Below, piece after piece: positions 35,417 through 44,794 of a stretch of 64,000 nt of DNA (positions are counted from its first letter, which is position 1; the number at the start of each line of letters is the position of its first letter). This stretch comes from a virus (taxonomy: Duplodnaviria > Heunggongvirae > Uroviricota > Caudoviricetes): IMG/VR virus record IMGVR_UViG_2974636330_000001, positions 21,023-85,022 of that record. The stretch is one strand, 5' to 3'. The translations under genes and the position numbers were made by a program. The notes under the pieces were generated by a model. That model did no database searches. It was given only the letters and a program-made list of their open reading frames with translations, and had not been told where the DNA came from.

Positions 35417-36447
35417 TGACGGGCGGCTGTGGCTACATCGGCAAGAACGTGGTGATGAAGCTCCACGAGTTGGGGCACAGCATCATCATCGTGGATGACC
35501 TGACCAACGCCCCCATGGGGCCGCAGTGGCGGGAGTTCCTCCGTCAGAACAAGACCCACACCCAAGACCAGCCCGGAACGGTTGACCTGATCCCCATGGG
35601 GTTCGAGCAGCTGCCCGGGCTTGATGGTCTGGGTGTCCAGTGCGTCGTCCATCTGGCTGCCTGCAAGTCAGTCGTCCAGTCCAAACTGGACCCCGACACG
35701 TATTGGCAGAATAACGTCATAAACACCATCAAACTGGCGCGGGCCGCGAGGGCCGCAGGTGTAGAACTGTTTGTATATAGCTCAACAGCCAGTGTGTATG
35801 GAGAGAAGAACACCCCAGTAGTAGAGGGTGATCCCACGAACCCCATGAGTACCTACGGCCATACGAAACTCGCCAGCGAAGAGTATTTGGCCAGTATTTC
35901 GGCCATTTCGGGTATGAAATCGAGGGCGCTAAGGTATTTCAATGTGGTAGGAGCAGGACACTCCCCATGGGGTAGTAATACTCTGGGAGATAAGGGTAGA
36001 GACGCAGGCTCGACATTGTTCGGGAGGATCATCCGTCAGCATCCACCTGCCCTATCTGATCTGGTAATCCGTGGAAATAATCACGATACACCGGATGGAT
36101 TTGCCGTAAGGGATTACGTCCATGTGGAAGACCTCGCACAGGCACACGTAGACATAATCAGTAAGGAGTTCAGTTCACACCCATGGCCTACCCAGTACGA
36201 TGTGTTGAACGTCGGCACGGGCGTCGGCCATTCTGTGTGTGAGGTGTTGGAAGAGTTCAAGAAGCAAGGGTTCGATGTGCCGTATACCGTAGGCGCGGCG
36301 GACTCGACCGAGATTCCGTACAGTGTCTGTGACCCGAAGAAGTTGCAGGGGCTGTACGGGTGGAAGGCCCACCACGATCTCATGACCATGGTGGGGAGTA
36401 TGTTGGAGTTCGCTCCGACGTTGGCGGACCTGCAATCAATTGCATGA
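35404..36447 (+). CDS. NAD-dependent sugar epimerase/dehydratase, GalE-like (UDP-hexose 4-epimerase family)
   Basis: Rossmann motif VTGGCGYIG; SDR catalytic triad with Ser (YSSTAS) and YGHTK. 347 aa. Confidence 0.7.
   Translation: MRILVTGGCGYIGKNVVMKLHELGHSIIIVDDLTNAPMGPQWREFLRQNKTHTQDQPGTVDLIPMGFEQLPGLDGLGVQCVVHLAACKSVVQSKLDPDTYWQNNVINTIKLARAARAAGVELFVYSSTASVYGEKNTPVVEGDPTNPMSTYGHTKLASEEYLASISAISGMKSRALRYFNVVGAGHSPWGSNTLGDKGRDAGSTLFGRIIRQHPPALSDLVIRGNNHDTPDGFAVRDYVHVEDLAQAHVDIISKEFSSHPWPTQYDVLNVGTGVGHSVCEVLEEFKKQGFDVPYTVGAADSTEIPYSVCDPKKLQGLYGWKAHHDLMTMVGSMLEFAPTLADLQSIA
36431..36444 (+). repeat. TGCAATCAATTGCA (last codons of GalE-like gene, LQSIA-stop)
   Basis: exact match. Confidence 0.9.
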
Positions 36448-36481
36448 GGTGTTGTATGTCTGAAGTGATCGATGGCTTGTA

Positions 36482-36802
36482 ATGGACTTCGTTCAAAGCG
36501 AAGACCGTAGAAAGGAGTTCGCGGCAGTGAGTAATGCGGGGAGAGTGTCTGTCCGTAATGGCAGCACTGGTGAGTGGTTGGGTTACGAGTTCGACGTATG
36601 GATGGAGGGCTACCAAGCCTCCGGTGATTCCGGCACCGCGATGTACATGGGCCGGGCACGGGGCAAAGACTTCCAAACAGCCTGCGCCAAAGCGTTGTAC
36701 AACAAGGGGTGTGTCATGTCCCTGTACAATCCGCGACTCGGTACGTATTGGGGTTGTCGCCTCTACGACAATGAACAGGACGCACGTAAATCTTTCGGAT
36801 AA
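36482..36802 (+). CDS. hypothetical protein
   Basis: 106-aa ORF; a terminator hairpin follows at 36809-36835. Confidence 0.45.
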   Translation: MDFVQSEDRRKEFAAVSNAGRVSVRNGSTGEWLGYEFDVWMEGYQASGDSGTAMYMGRARGKDFQTACAKALYNKGCVMSLYNPRLGTYWGCRLYDNEQDARKSFG

Positions 36803-36808
36803 AGGCAG

Positions 36809-36867
36809 AAACCCGCGCACTAAGGCGGGTTTTCTGCTATATTATCGGTACGTAATGGAGTAAAGAC
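36809..36867 (+). promoter_or_regulatory. terminator (AAACCCGCGCACTAAGGCGGGTTTTCT) fused to -10 TATATT and leader GTAATGGAGTAAAGAC
   Basis: Hairpin plus T-run directly followed by the -10 and leader. Confidence 0.45.
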
Positions 36868-37926
36868 ATGTATGAGCTGACGTTGCAGACGCTGGGTTCC
36901 TCCCTGCACGCCCTGCCCCAGACCATTTGGGTGAAAGACAGTCCGGGCGACTGGGGTGACCTGATCACCAGCATGATGAGCCGCAAGACGTGGGAGAAGC
37001 TCCCGCAGATGAAGCATTTGAACCCCGCACGTAAGTGGGAAGTCGTCAGTGCATATCAGAAGGCAGTCCGGCGAGGTGATCTGGCAGTGGCCCTGAAGAT
37101 GGTCGCTGCAATTGATTGCACGGGGGATCAGGAGATGCTGAAGTACCTGTGGCGTCGAGTGCTTACGACCGTCGCAGAAGACTGTGGCCCTGCCAGCCCG
37201 GGCCTGATGGCATTCGTGATGGCCGCCCATGAGTGGACCAAGAAGGAAGTCTGGGGTTCGCAAGTTGCGATCATCGCTGTCCTGACGGAAATGATGTGCC
37301 TCTACCCCCGCAGCCGCACGTATTGTGCGATGAGCATCATTGAAGGGAAGTTGAAGGAGAAGCTGAAGGCCGGGGGCGGCTATGTGGACCTGTCGATGAC
37401 CCCGCTGGATGATTGGGAGCTGGAGTTCCTCGACTACCTGACCAACCGTCCGGATGAGCTGGACCAGACCGTGGCGCAGTGGTGCCGTAAGAAGGGCTGG
37501 CTGACCGAACACCTGTCCGACTACTACAGCTTCACCCCCGAGCTGGTGGATCGACCGGAAGAGCAGTTCCCGGCATCGGAGACGATTGCGGGCCTGCCGT
37601 CGTATGCGTACGACATGCACACGAAGATCGGCAAGACCCTGTTGTACAAGATCGGCGGGGAGCCTGAGCTGGGCATCCTGAAAGATACGGCGTGCAACGA
37701 CAAGCCGAAGGCGTTGGGCTGGGCGATGTTCTTCTGTGAGGGTGGGCGCATCCGGGATGAACTGTTGGATGTGCGTATTGCCCAGCTGGAGAAGAAAGTG
37801 GCCTATGGTCAGTTCGGTATGTCGGCAGAAGAAGGCGACGCACTGGAGAAGGCCATGTGGCTGGTAATCGACTCGGGTCGGGTGAATGCCCGGCGTGCGT
37901 ATGCAGCGAAGGCCATGTATGGATAA
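36868..37926 (+). CDS. hypothetical protein (352 aa)
   Basis: Leader GTAATGGAGTAAAGACATG after a terminator plus TATATT. Confidence 0.5.
   Translation: MYELTLQTLGSSLHALPQTIWVKDSPGDWGDLITSMMSRKTWEKLPQMKHLNPARKWEVVSAYQKAVRRGDLAVALKMVAAIDCTGDQEMLKYLWRRVLTTVAEDCGPASPGLMAFVMAAHEWTKKEVWGSQVAIIAVLTEMMCLYPRSRTYCAMSIIEGKLKEKLKAGGGYVDLSMTPLDDWELEFLDYLTNRPDELDQTVAQWCRKKGWLTEHLSDYYSFTPELVDRPEEQFPASETIAGLPSYAYDMHTKIGKTLLYKIGGEPELGILKDTACNDKPKALGWAMFFCEGGRIRDELLDVRIAQLEKKVAYGQFGMSAEEGDALEKAMWLVIDSGRVNARRAYAAKAMYG
37107..37120 (+). repeat. TGCAATTGATTGCA (in CDS, other frame: AIDC)
   Basis: exact match. Confidence 0.9.
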
Positions 37927-38140
37927 GACGCGCTGGAAGTGGAAGTGGTGGTTCAAGTACCGGAAGGCCATCATGCCGAACGACCGGCACTGGTGGGTGA
38001 CCACGAAGAACGGGCACCGCGTCCATCAGTGGTTCTCGATCCACACGTTGGAGAATCAGAAGAAAGACATGCTGATCCTGCAAGTCGTGGTCGGGCCGTG
38101 GATGATCAATCTGGCTGGAGCGTACAAGGTGAAGGCATGA
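37919..38140 (+). CDS. small Trp/Lys-rich hypothetical protein
   Basis: MDKTRWKWKWWFKYRK...; overlaps the upstream gene by 8 nt. Confidence 0.35.
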   Translation: MDKTRWKWKWWFKYRKAIMPNDRHWWVTTKNGHRVHQWFSIHTLENQKKDMLILQVVVGPWMINLAGAYKVKA

Positions 38141-38508
38141 ACCTGATCGAACAGTTGCGCGATGGGCCGGTGTGCCATGCGAAGCGCTGGAGCGGCGACA
38201 CCCATGATGATCTGGGTGGGACCGTCAACGAGAGTGCGACCATCGAGCTGATGAACCGTGCGGCAGACGCGCTGGAAAGTAGGAAGGTGTTCGCGTTCGT
38301 CCACAGTAGCTGTAAGTACGAAGAATCCCCGTACGTCGTCTCCCTGCACACCACGAAGGCAGGAGCATGGCGAGCGATGTACGAACATCGTTACGCGCAT
38401 GAAGTGCTGAACCGCGACTACTACCTGTTGCATGGTGGGAACTACAGTCCGATGCACGCAGGGCTGATGATGATCTGGGCCGTACGCCAGTATGAGGTGA
38501 AGCCATGA
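38138..38508 (+). CDS. hypothetical protein
   Basis: ATGA overlap; 123 aa. Confidence 0.4.
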
Positions 38509-38759
38509 AGCCGCATGAAGTATCGGCACTGTTGGCCCGTATAGATGCAGGGCTGATGCGTGCGATGGACCAGTCTGGTCGGAATGTCATGGTCAAGACC
38601 GAAGACCTGCAAGAGTTGCGTAGGTTGGCTGAGGCCGGGCGGAGTCTGGAGTTCTACCAGACCCGTTGCAATCAGTTGCAGATGGCCATGAACAGCTTCC
38701 GTGATCCGGAGCGGCAGGTCGTGTGCGATATTCTGGCCAATGGAAGTACGAAGCGATGA
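38505..38759 (+). CDS. hypothetical protein
   Basis: 84 aa with overlap coupling. Confidence 0.4.
   Translation: MKPHEVSALLARIDAGLMRAMDQSGRNVMVKTEDLQELRRLAEAGRSLEFYQTRCNQLQMAMNSFRDPERQVVCDILANGSTKR
38667..38680 (+). repeat. TGCAATCAGTTGCA (1-mismatch copy, in CDS)
   Basis: one substitution in right half-site. Confidence 0.6.
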
Positions 38760-38932
38760 ACGAACTGCTGTTGTGCCTGACCGGAGTGACCTTGATCCTG
38801 ACTGCATGGTGGGCAGACACCCGGATGGGCACGAAGTTGTACCGGGTACTGTCGTGGGTGATCGGCACGTTGCTTGTGCTACTTGCCGTTGGCCTGATTG
38901 AACGTATGATCTACTTGTTCACAGCGTTTTAG
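38756..38932 (+). CDS. small membrane protein
   Basis: Two TM helices (LLLCLTGVTLILTAWW, VIGTLLVLLAVGLI). Confidence 0.35.
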   Translation: MNELLLCLTGVTLILTAWWADTRMGTKLYRVLSWVIGTLLVLLAVGLIERMIYLFTAF

Positions 38933-38940
38933 GGGCAGTT

Positions 38941-39123
38941 ATGTTGAATCGTCAAGAACGTCTGAAGTTGGAGCAGCTGATCGAAGCGCACTCGGAGGCG
39001 CAGGTGGCTGAATCGTGGGCCGGGGCAGGTGATCCAGCTGAAGCAGAAGCGGTACGTGCAAGGGCCGAAGCGGCAGAAGCCCAGCTGAAGTTGTACATCG
39101 TAGAGATAACGATCAAGGAGTGA
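38941..39123 (+). CDS. small coiled-coil protein
   Basis: 60-aa ORF. Confidence 0.35.
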   Translation: MLNRQERLKLEQLIEAHSEAQVAESWAGAGDPAEAEAVRARAEAAEAQLKLYIVEITIKE

Positions 39124-39125
39124 GC

Positions 39126-39491
39126 ATGAGCGGTATCAGTGAGATTCACGGGAAGACCCTGTTCCTGCATGTCGGCGCGACCGAAGGTGGTTGCCTCGAT
39201 GTAGGTGCAATCCAGTTGCAAGGCTTCACCCTACTCCCCGACAAAGAAGTGCAGGCCCTGAAAGATGCGGCCAAGCCGGAGAATACGGCGTGGGCAGTCG
39301 TCACGTTGGTGATCGATTATTACCGTCTGGCAGAAGGGCTGCGCAAGGCTGCCGATCCTCATGGTAAGTGGGGCATGAGCCAGAAAGTCCACTGGGATAA
39401 AGTCGCCCAGTTCCGGGAGGCGATGGACAACACCCTGAAGTCCATCAAGGCGCTGGACTACGGTACGTACGAAAGGCTGGTGCGGGAATGA
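39126..39491 (+). CDS. hypothetical protein
   Basis: ATG after AAGGAGTGAGC. Confidence 0.4.
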   Translation: MSGISEIHGKTLFLHVGATEGGCLDVGAIQLQGFTLLPDKEVQALKDAAKPENTAWAVVTLVIDYYRLAEGLRKAADPHGKWGMSQKVHWDKVAQFREAMDNTLKSIKALDYGTYERLVRE

Positions 39492-39955
39492 CCGTGATGA
39501 AGTCGAAGCGGCTGGGCCTGTCCCACTTGCAGGCTGACCTGCTGGCCATGAAGTTGCAGGAAGAAGAACTGCTCGGTGCGGTGCGTCAGGCACTGGGCGT
39601 CAGGAAGTTGCGGCTGCGGCTGGACTACACGAGCCATGTGCCCCAGCTGATGGTCGTCCTGCCTGATGGATATCCGATCCCGTGGCAGGCCATGAACACG
39701 CAGAAGCGTAGGCTGTTCAAGTACGCGACCGATCATGTCGATGCGTCGGCGTTCATCACTGACCTGACTGATCGGCTGGCCAAGCTCGGGGCGCGTATGG
39801 CGCTGGTGTACCACAAAGACCCGAAGACCCAGCGTAGGCTGGTCAAGATGGTAGTGATTTCGGATGACAGCCGTCTGATCAACCTGAGTCTGGTCGGGGT
39901 CTACAAGGGCGGCGCGTGCCTGTACGATGGGTTCAATGCGAAGGAGATGACATGA
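39488..39955 (+). CDS. hypothetical protein
   Basis: 155-aa ORF with ATGA overlap. Confidence 0.45.
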   Translation: MTVMKSKRLGLSHLQADLLAMKLQEEELLGAVRQALGVRKLRLRLDYTSHVPQLMVVLPDGYPIPWQAMNTQKRRLFKYATDHVDASAFITDLTDRLAKLGARMALVYHKDPKTQRRLVKMVVISDDSRLINLSLVGVYKGGACLYDGFNAKEMT

Positions 39956-40227
39956 TCACGATCTTTGGAATGTCGTTCGAGCCGGGCACGTTCGTAATCC
40001 TGTGCCTGATCCTCGGGTGTCTGGCAGGGTATCTGTCGGCCAAGTGCATGAGGCCGGTAGTCGTCATGGTGAAGCACTGTATCCACACGATCCCGAAGGA
40101 AGACGTGGATGCGTACATGGCCAGCCCGGATGGCAAGAAGCTGGTCGCAGCGATTCTGTCAGGTGAAGTGCAGCCTGAGAGCGATCAGGACGTGAATCGG
40201 CAGGGTCCGGGCGGCGTTGAAATGTAA
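39952..40227 (+). CDS. small membrane protein
   Basis: TM segment GTFVILCLILGCLAGYL. Confidence 0.35.
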   Translation: MITIFGMSFEPGTFVILCLILGCLAGYLSAKCMRPVVVMVKHCIHTIPKEDVDAYMASPDGKKLVAAILSGEVQPESDQDVNRQGPGGVEM

Positions 40228-40231
40228 GCCG

Positions 40232-40245
40232 TGCAATTGATTGCA
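40232..40245 (+). repeat. TGCAATTGATTGCA (intergenic, fused to RBS AAGGAG)
   Basis: exact match. Confidence 0.9.
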
Positions 40246-40255
40246 AGGAGATAGC

Positions 40256-40900
40256 ATGGGTGTGTTACTCGCGGTGATCGGGTCCGTAGCGTTCATGCTG
40301 AACCTGATCGTGGTGTTCTGGTGGGGCGTGCCGTTTCTGAGGACGAAGATCGGGAACTGGCGCAAGTCGAGGTACGACAAGAAGATGGCCAAAGTAATCG
40401 GGAATATCAGTGTGGAAGTGGAAGACCCGGCAGTCCTGATGGGGCTGAAGCCGTTGGTGACTCTGGTAGCAGATGAAGCCCTGCCCATCGCTGAGAAGTG
40501 CGTGGGCGTAGAACTGTCCGGCATCTTCGTCATGAAGAACGAGCGTGTCGTGCTGGTGTTCTCGAACGACGAATCGTTCACGATCACGTCGAACATCACG
40601 TGGCCGTCGAACCATCCGTTGTTCAAGGTAGGGTCGCACCTGAAGAACCCGGCCATGGGCGTGCGGGCGTTCGATCATCAAGGCAAGAAGATCAAGCTGG
40701 AGAAGTTCGAAGGGGCGAAGCTGATATCGTTCCAGCGTAAGGGCCACACTGGCGACAAGGTGGAGAGCGGCAAGATGTACAAGCACGAAGCCGAGTGGAT
40801 GATCCTGAAGTTCGACGTGGGCCTGCTCGGGATCGAGTTCTCGGTGAAGCGTACCCCGGGCGAGAACGTCGTGCGGACCTACCTGATCAAGACGGAGTGA
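40256..40900 (+). CDS. membrane-anchored hypothetical protein
   Basis: ATG after AAGGAGATAGC, immediately downstream of a palindrome copy. N-terminal TM (LLAVIGSVAFMLNLIVVFWW). Confidence 0.5.
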   Translation: MGVLLAVIGSVAFMLNLIVVFWWGVPFLRTKIGNWRKSRYDKKMAKVIGNISVEVEDPAVLMGLKPLVTLVADEALPIAEKCVGVELSGIFVMKNERVVLVFSNDESFTITSNITWPSNHPLFKVGSHLKNPAMGVRAFDHQGKKIKLEKFEGAKLISFQRKGHTGDKVESGKMYKHEAEWMILKFDVGLLGIEFSVKRTPGENVVRTYLIKTE

Positions 40901-40906
40901 CGTGCC

Positions 40907-41185
40907 ATGAACCATCTTTGGAACAAGCGTCGTGAGAAGTTGGAACTGGAGCTGGCCCGGGCCGCTGTCGAGCTGATCGGCCATGTCGGTACGTCCGATA
41001 TCCGGCTGCACCTGTCCGAAGGGCACATGATCTGTATCGGGAGTCGTGAGGGCATCGCCCACCTGTTGGATGCGACCCTCGGGGAAGAGCGGATCACCAT
41101 TGGCGTGGAGAAGGAAGAACCGGCTACGATCCAGCCGAGCAAGAAGGCCCAGCTGTCTCTGGTGATCCCGGAGCCGAAGCCGTGA
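40907..41185 (+). CDS. hypothetical protein
   Basis: 92-aa ORF. Confidence 0.4.
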   Translation: MNHLWNKRREKLELELARAAVELIGHVGTSDIRLHLSEGHMICIGSREGIAHLLDATLGEERITIGVEKEEPATIQPSKKAQLSLVIPEPKP

Positions 41186-41421
41186 ATGTAGAGGGCAAGA
41201 TCGCGGAGTCCGTCGCAGCGTACAACGTCGAGTTGAAAGAGCTGACCAAGAAGTTGATCCTCGACGTGAATCAGGCATTGAAAGAGCAGAACCAGAAAGA
41301 AGAATGCCTGAAACTGTTGGAGTTCGACCTCACGATAGACATGATCGCTGTCGAATCGTTCGGCGAGCCGCAGTACATGACCCTGAAGGAGATCGGGTTG
41401 GCCATACGCACCAGAAGGTGA
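41182..41421 (+). CDS. hypothetical protein
   Basis: 79-aa ORF; terminator GGGAGGCTTCGGCCTCCTTTT downstream. Confidence 0.4.
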   Translation: MNVEGKIAESVAAYNVELKELTKKLILDVNQALKEQNQKEECLKLLEFDLTIDMIAVESFGEPQYMTLKEIGLAIRTRR

Positions 41422-41453
41422 ACGGCCCGTTCATACGTTAGGTAGTTCCACGG

Positions 41454-41476
41454 TAGGGAGGCTTCGGCCTCCTTTT
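41454..41476 (+). terminator. rho-independent terminator
   Basis: GGGAGGCTTCGGCCTCCTTTTCG. Confidence 0.55.
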
Positions 41477-41669
41477 CGTATGTAGAAGTGCCTGTTTATG
41501 TGCTGAAAGTGCGTATCGACAAAGTGGTGTGAAGAGAAAAGAATGGCCTTTTAACGTGCCGAAGAGGATAATAGTTCGCATAAGACTTTAGGCTAGGGCC
41601 ACAGATGATCCGGGGACGTGACCATGGGTGGAGTCATGGAAGGACGATCAGAGCGAACCTGCACAGGTT

Positions 41670-41683
41670 TGCAATCAAATGCA
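41670..41683 (+). repeat. TGCAATCAAATGCA (1-mismatch copy, upstream of rhomboid gene RBS)
   Basis: one substitution. Confidence 0.6.
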
Positions 41684-41697
41684 CAGGAGGTAGTGCT

Positions 41698-42225
41698 GTG
41701 AAAGCGATCTGCGTCGGGTTGTTGATGCTCGCCGTGCTGGAGATTCTGGCACCACGTACGCTGAACTGGATGATCCTGTGGCCAGACCGTAGGTTCGAGC
41801 CGTGGCAACCACTGACGTACTGGATGGTGCATGTTGGCCTGCTCCATGTGCTGACGAACGTCGGCATCGTGTGGGTGATGGCGCGCGATCTGGAGTGGCG
41901 GTACAGCCTGTTGGAAATCGGAGGCTGTTTCATTGTGGCGTGTGTCGTAGGCGGCTGCCTCCATGCGCTGGTGTCGAGTACCCCGATTGCGGGTGCGTCG
42001 GCAGGAGTATTCGCCCTGATGGTGATGTACATCATGAGCTTCCCGTACAAGAAGCTGGGATGGTTCACGTTGGGCAAGTTGCTGATCCCACTGTTTGTCC
42101 TGCAAAGCGTGATGGGGGTGGTCTGGACCGGCCAGATTCCCCACCTTGTAGGCATGGTAGTGGGCTTGTGCTGGATGATGTTTTGTGGCAAGGCCGTTCG
42201 TTCGGAGCGACCGACCCTGATATAG
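41698..42225 (+). CDS. rhomboid-family intramembrane serine protease
   Basis: GTG after AGGAGG. About 6 TM helices in 175 aa. TM2 has H-x3-N (HVLTN), TM4 has GASAGVFALM (G-x-S-x-G, catalytic Ser region), TM6 has IPHLVGMVVGL (catalytic His, HxxGxxxG). Confidence 0.55.
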   Translation: MKAICVGLLMLAVLEILAPRTLNWMILWPDRRFEPWQPLTYWMVHVGLLHVLTNVGIVWVMARDLEWRYSLLEIGGCFIVACVVGGCLHALVSSTPIAGASAGVFALMVMYIMSFPYKKLGWFTLGKLLIPLFVLQSVMGVVWTGQIPHLVGMVVGLCWMMFCGKAVRSERPTLI

Positions 42226-42283
42226 TCAAGGTTCTGAGGGCATTCCGGCCTGAATTGTCAACGAAAGATGAAGGAGAACGACG

Positions 42284-42877
42284 ATGCAACTGTCCCTGTT
42301 CCAGAATGCGTTCCTGATCCGTAACAAGGAAGGCTACGGCTACCACAAAGACCTCCCGAAGCCGCTGACCTACGAAGGCGACACCAAGTCCATCGAGTTC
42401 CAGCTGGCCGAGCTGGGCTATGAAGTGGCCTACGTCACCAAGGGTGCGCCGAAGGCCGACAAGAAGGACAAGGCCGACGCCGAGAAGAACGGCGAATACC
42501 ACAGCCCGGACGTGTCGGACTGGAATCCGGAAGCGCCGAGCCTGAGCGGCAAGTCCGGCAAGGGCTTCGAGACCGAGGGCGAGAACAAGAAGCTGACCCC
42601 GGAAGCGAACGCAGCCCAGATCAAGGCCCAGAAGGGCGGCGATGATGCCAAGGGCTTCCCGCGTGATTCGGATTCGAAGGACTTGCTGTCGAACGACCCG
42701 TGGCATCTGGTCGCGGTGTATGACACCGACGACAAGGGTCCGACCGCCATGTTCGCCCGCAAGAAGGTCCAGAAGGCTGACACCCCGGAAGAGAATGAAG
42801 TGGTCGCCGAAAAGCGCAAGGAGCGCATGGAAGTGACTGCCGACGACCGGATCAGCGGACGCGAAGGCATCCAGTGA
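42284..42877 (+). CDS. hypothetical low-complexity (Lys/Asp/Glu-rich) protein
   Basis: 197 aa; RBS GAAGGAGAACG. Confidence 0.5.
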   Translation: MQLSLFQNAFLIRNKEGYGYHKDLPKPLTYEGDTKSIEFQLAELGYEVAYVTKGAPKADKKDKADAEKNGEYHSPDVSDWNPEAPSLSGKSGKGFETEGENKKLTPEANAAQIKAQKGGDDAKGFPRDSDSKDLLSNDPWHLVAVYDTDDKGPTAMFARKKVQKADTPEENEVVAEKRKERMEVTADDRISGREGIQ

Positions 42878-43134
42878 TGAAAGCCCTGTTCAAGAATCCG
42901 GTGTTCGTGGTGGCTTTGATCGCCTCGGTGGTGTATCTGGTGTTCGGCCTGTCGATCTTCTTCGGGCCGCACAGTGGGTTGCTCAGTTGGATTCTGGGCG
43001 GGGTGATCGCGCTGGTGATCGCTGCGTTGTGGGTTGCCGTGTACAAGGGAGCGACGACCTACTCGACTGCGAAAGACGCCGTGGATCAGTCATGGGATGA
43101 CCTGCGGGATCGCATCGATAAGGGCGAAAAATAG
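42874..43134 (+). CDS. small membrane protein
   Basis: Two TM segments. Confidence 0.4.
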   Translation: MMKALFKNPVFVVALIASVVYLVFGLSIFFGPHSGLLSWILGGVIALVIAALWVAVYKGATTYSTAKDAVDQSWDDLRDRIDKGEK

Positions 43135-43209
43135 CGGGCCTTGGGATAAGAACCCTGCTAAAATAAGGGTCGGGAGATTCGTCTCTCGGCCCTTTCTAAT
43201 GGAGTAAGT

Positions 43210-43848
43210 ATGAAGAGTCTCGTGATCGTGCCGCACATGGACGATGAAGTCCTGAGTTGCGGGGGCCTGATCCAGAACCGGACTGAAGTGCGCGTGCTGG
43301 TGGTGTACGGCAGGCACTACCCCGAGCTGTCCGGACAAGAACTGTGGGATAAGCAGGCGGAGCAGATACAGCACTTCAATGCGGCGTGCGGAATGCTGAA
43401 AGTCGAATCGGTAGTGTTCCTGAACATGCCGGAGGGGGAGCCGCATCAGGTGGGCTACTACCGGGTGTTGGAGCAGCTGGAGTCCCGACTGAAGTCCTTC
43501 CAGCCTGAAGAAGTCGTGTTCCCCGGGGAGTTCGACCAGAACCAAGACCACGTGATGCTGAACCACGTTGGCCGCATCCTGATGCGTCCCGGAAACCTCG
43601 GAAACGTGAAGCGCGTGTTGAAGTCGATTGCCCACGATAGTATCCTGACGCAGCCGACCTATTTCGTGCCGATGAACAGCAATCAGATGAAGAACAAGCT
43701 GAATGCCATGCGTTGCTACGAAGACGAAGTGCGCGAAAACCCCCATCCCCGCAGTCTCGACAACATCGAGGCGCTGGCCCGTGTCCACGGTAGCAAGTGC
43801 GGCCACGAGTTCGCCGAAGGCTACATCACCCACATGATCAAGGAATAA
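43210..43848 (+). CDS. LmbE/PIG-L family N-acetyl-sugar deacetylase
   Basis: Leader CTAATGGAGTAAGTATG. N-terminal VIVPHMDDEVLSCGG (the PIG-L HxDDE motif) and a second FDQNQDHVMLNH motif. Confidence 0.6.
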   Translation: MKSLVIVPHMDDEVLSCGGLIQNRTEVRVLVVYGRHYPELSGQELWDKQAEQIQHFNAACGMLKVESVVFLNMPEGEPHQVGYYRVLEQLESRLKSFQPEEVVFPGEFDQNQDHVMLNHVGRILMRPGNLGNVKRVLKSIAHDSILTQPTYFVPMNSNQMKNKLNAMRCYEDEVRENPHPRSLDNIEALARVHGSKCGHEFAEGYITHMIKE

Positions 43849-43852
43849 CAAG

Positions 43853-44794
43853 ATGCGCGTTGCAATCACTGGCGGCACCGGATTCATCGGTACGAACCTG
43901 ACTAAGTACCTGCAAGAGAACGAGCCGAACACCGAAATCGTACTGGTTGATCTGGTCGCTCCGTGCATCGAACTCGGGCCGAAGACGAAGTTCGTCTATG
44001 CCGATATCCGGAACCTGAAGTCGCTGTTGAACGCCTTCGACGGCTGCGATGAAGTCTACAATCTGGCAGGCATCCTCGGCACGTCCGAACTGCTGTCGAT
44101 CAGTTCGCTGGCCTGCGAAACGAATATCGTCGGCGCGTGCAACGTCTTCGACGCCTGCATCGAGAAGGGCGTGAAGCGGGTGTACAACGTGGCGAAGCCG
44201 CACTTCGAAGGGTACGCGGAGAACGCCTACACCCTGACGAAGCACTCGGGCGAACTGCTCGGCCTGATGTACCGCAAGACGTACGGCCTCGACGTGGCAA
44301 CCGTCCGCTGGCTCAACGCAGTCGGCCCGTACCAGCACCTGTATCCGGTGCGTAAGTTCCTGCCGATGATGATCCTGCAAGCCTTCTATGGCTACGACCT
44401 CGAAGTCTACGGCAGCGGCAAGCAGACCATCGACCCCATCGACACCCGCGATCTGGCCCGCTTCACCCTGCACGCCTGCCGCGAGCTGGGCCAGCACCCG
44501 GACGTGGTTGACCTCGGCTCGGGCCGTGCAATCAGTTGCAACGACGCGGCGGAGCTGATCCTGAAGCTGGTGAAGGAAGCTGGCATCAAGACCGACAGCA
44601 AGGTGATCCACGTACCGATGCGTCCGGGCGAGGCTGACGATATCAACCTGTGCGCCGACACGACCTACTGGGATTCGGTGGGCATGAAGACCGAGTTCTC
44701 GTTCGAAGATTCGATCCGCGACACGATCCAGTACATGCGGAACCTCCCGGCGTACCACATGCAGAACGCCCTCCATTTCTACGGGCTGACCTGA
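43853..44794 (+). CDS. NAD-dependent nucleotide-sugar epimerase/dehydratase (extended SDR)
   Basis: MRVAITGGTGFIGTNL Rossmann motif; catalytic YTLTK. Confidence 0.7.
   Translation: MRVAITGGTGFIGTNLTKYLQENEPNTEIVLVDLVAPCIELGPKTKFVYADIRNLKSLLNAFDGCDEVYNLAGILGTSELLSISSLACETNIVGACNVFDACIEKGVKRVYNVAKPHFEGYAENAYTLTKHSGELLGLMYRKTYGLDVATVRWLNAVGPYQHLYPVRKFLPMMILQAFYGYDLEVYGSGKQTIDPIDTRDLARFTLHACRELGQHPDVVDLGSGRAISCNDAAELILKLVKEAGIKTDSKVIHVPMRPGEADDINLCADTTYWDSVGMKTEFSFEDSIRDTIQYMRNLPAYHMQNALHFYGLT
44527..44540 (+). repeat. TGCAATCAGTTGCA (1-mismatch copy, in epimerase CDS)
   Basis: one substitution. Confidence 0.6.
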
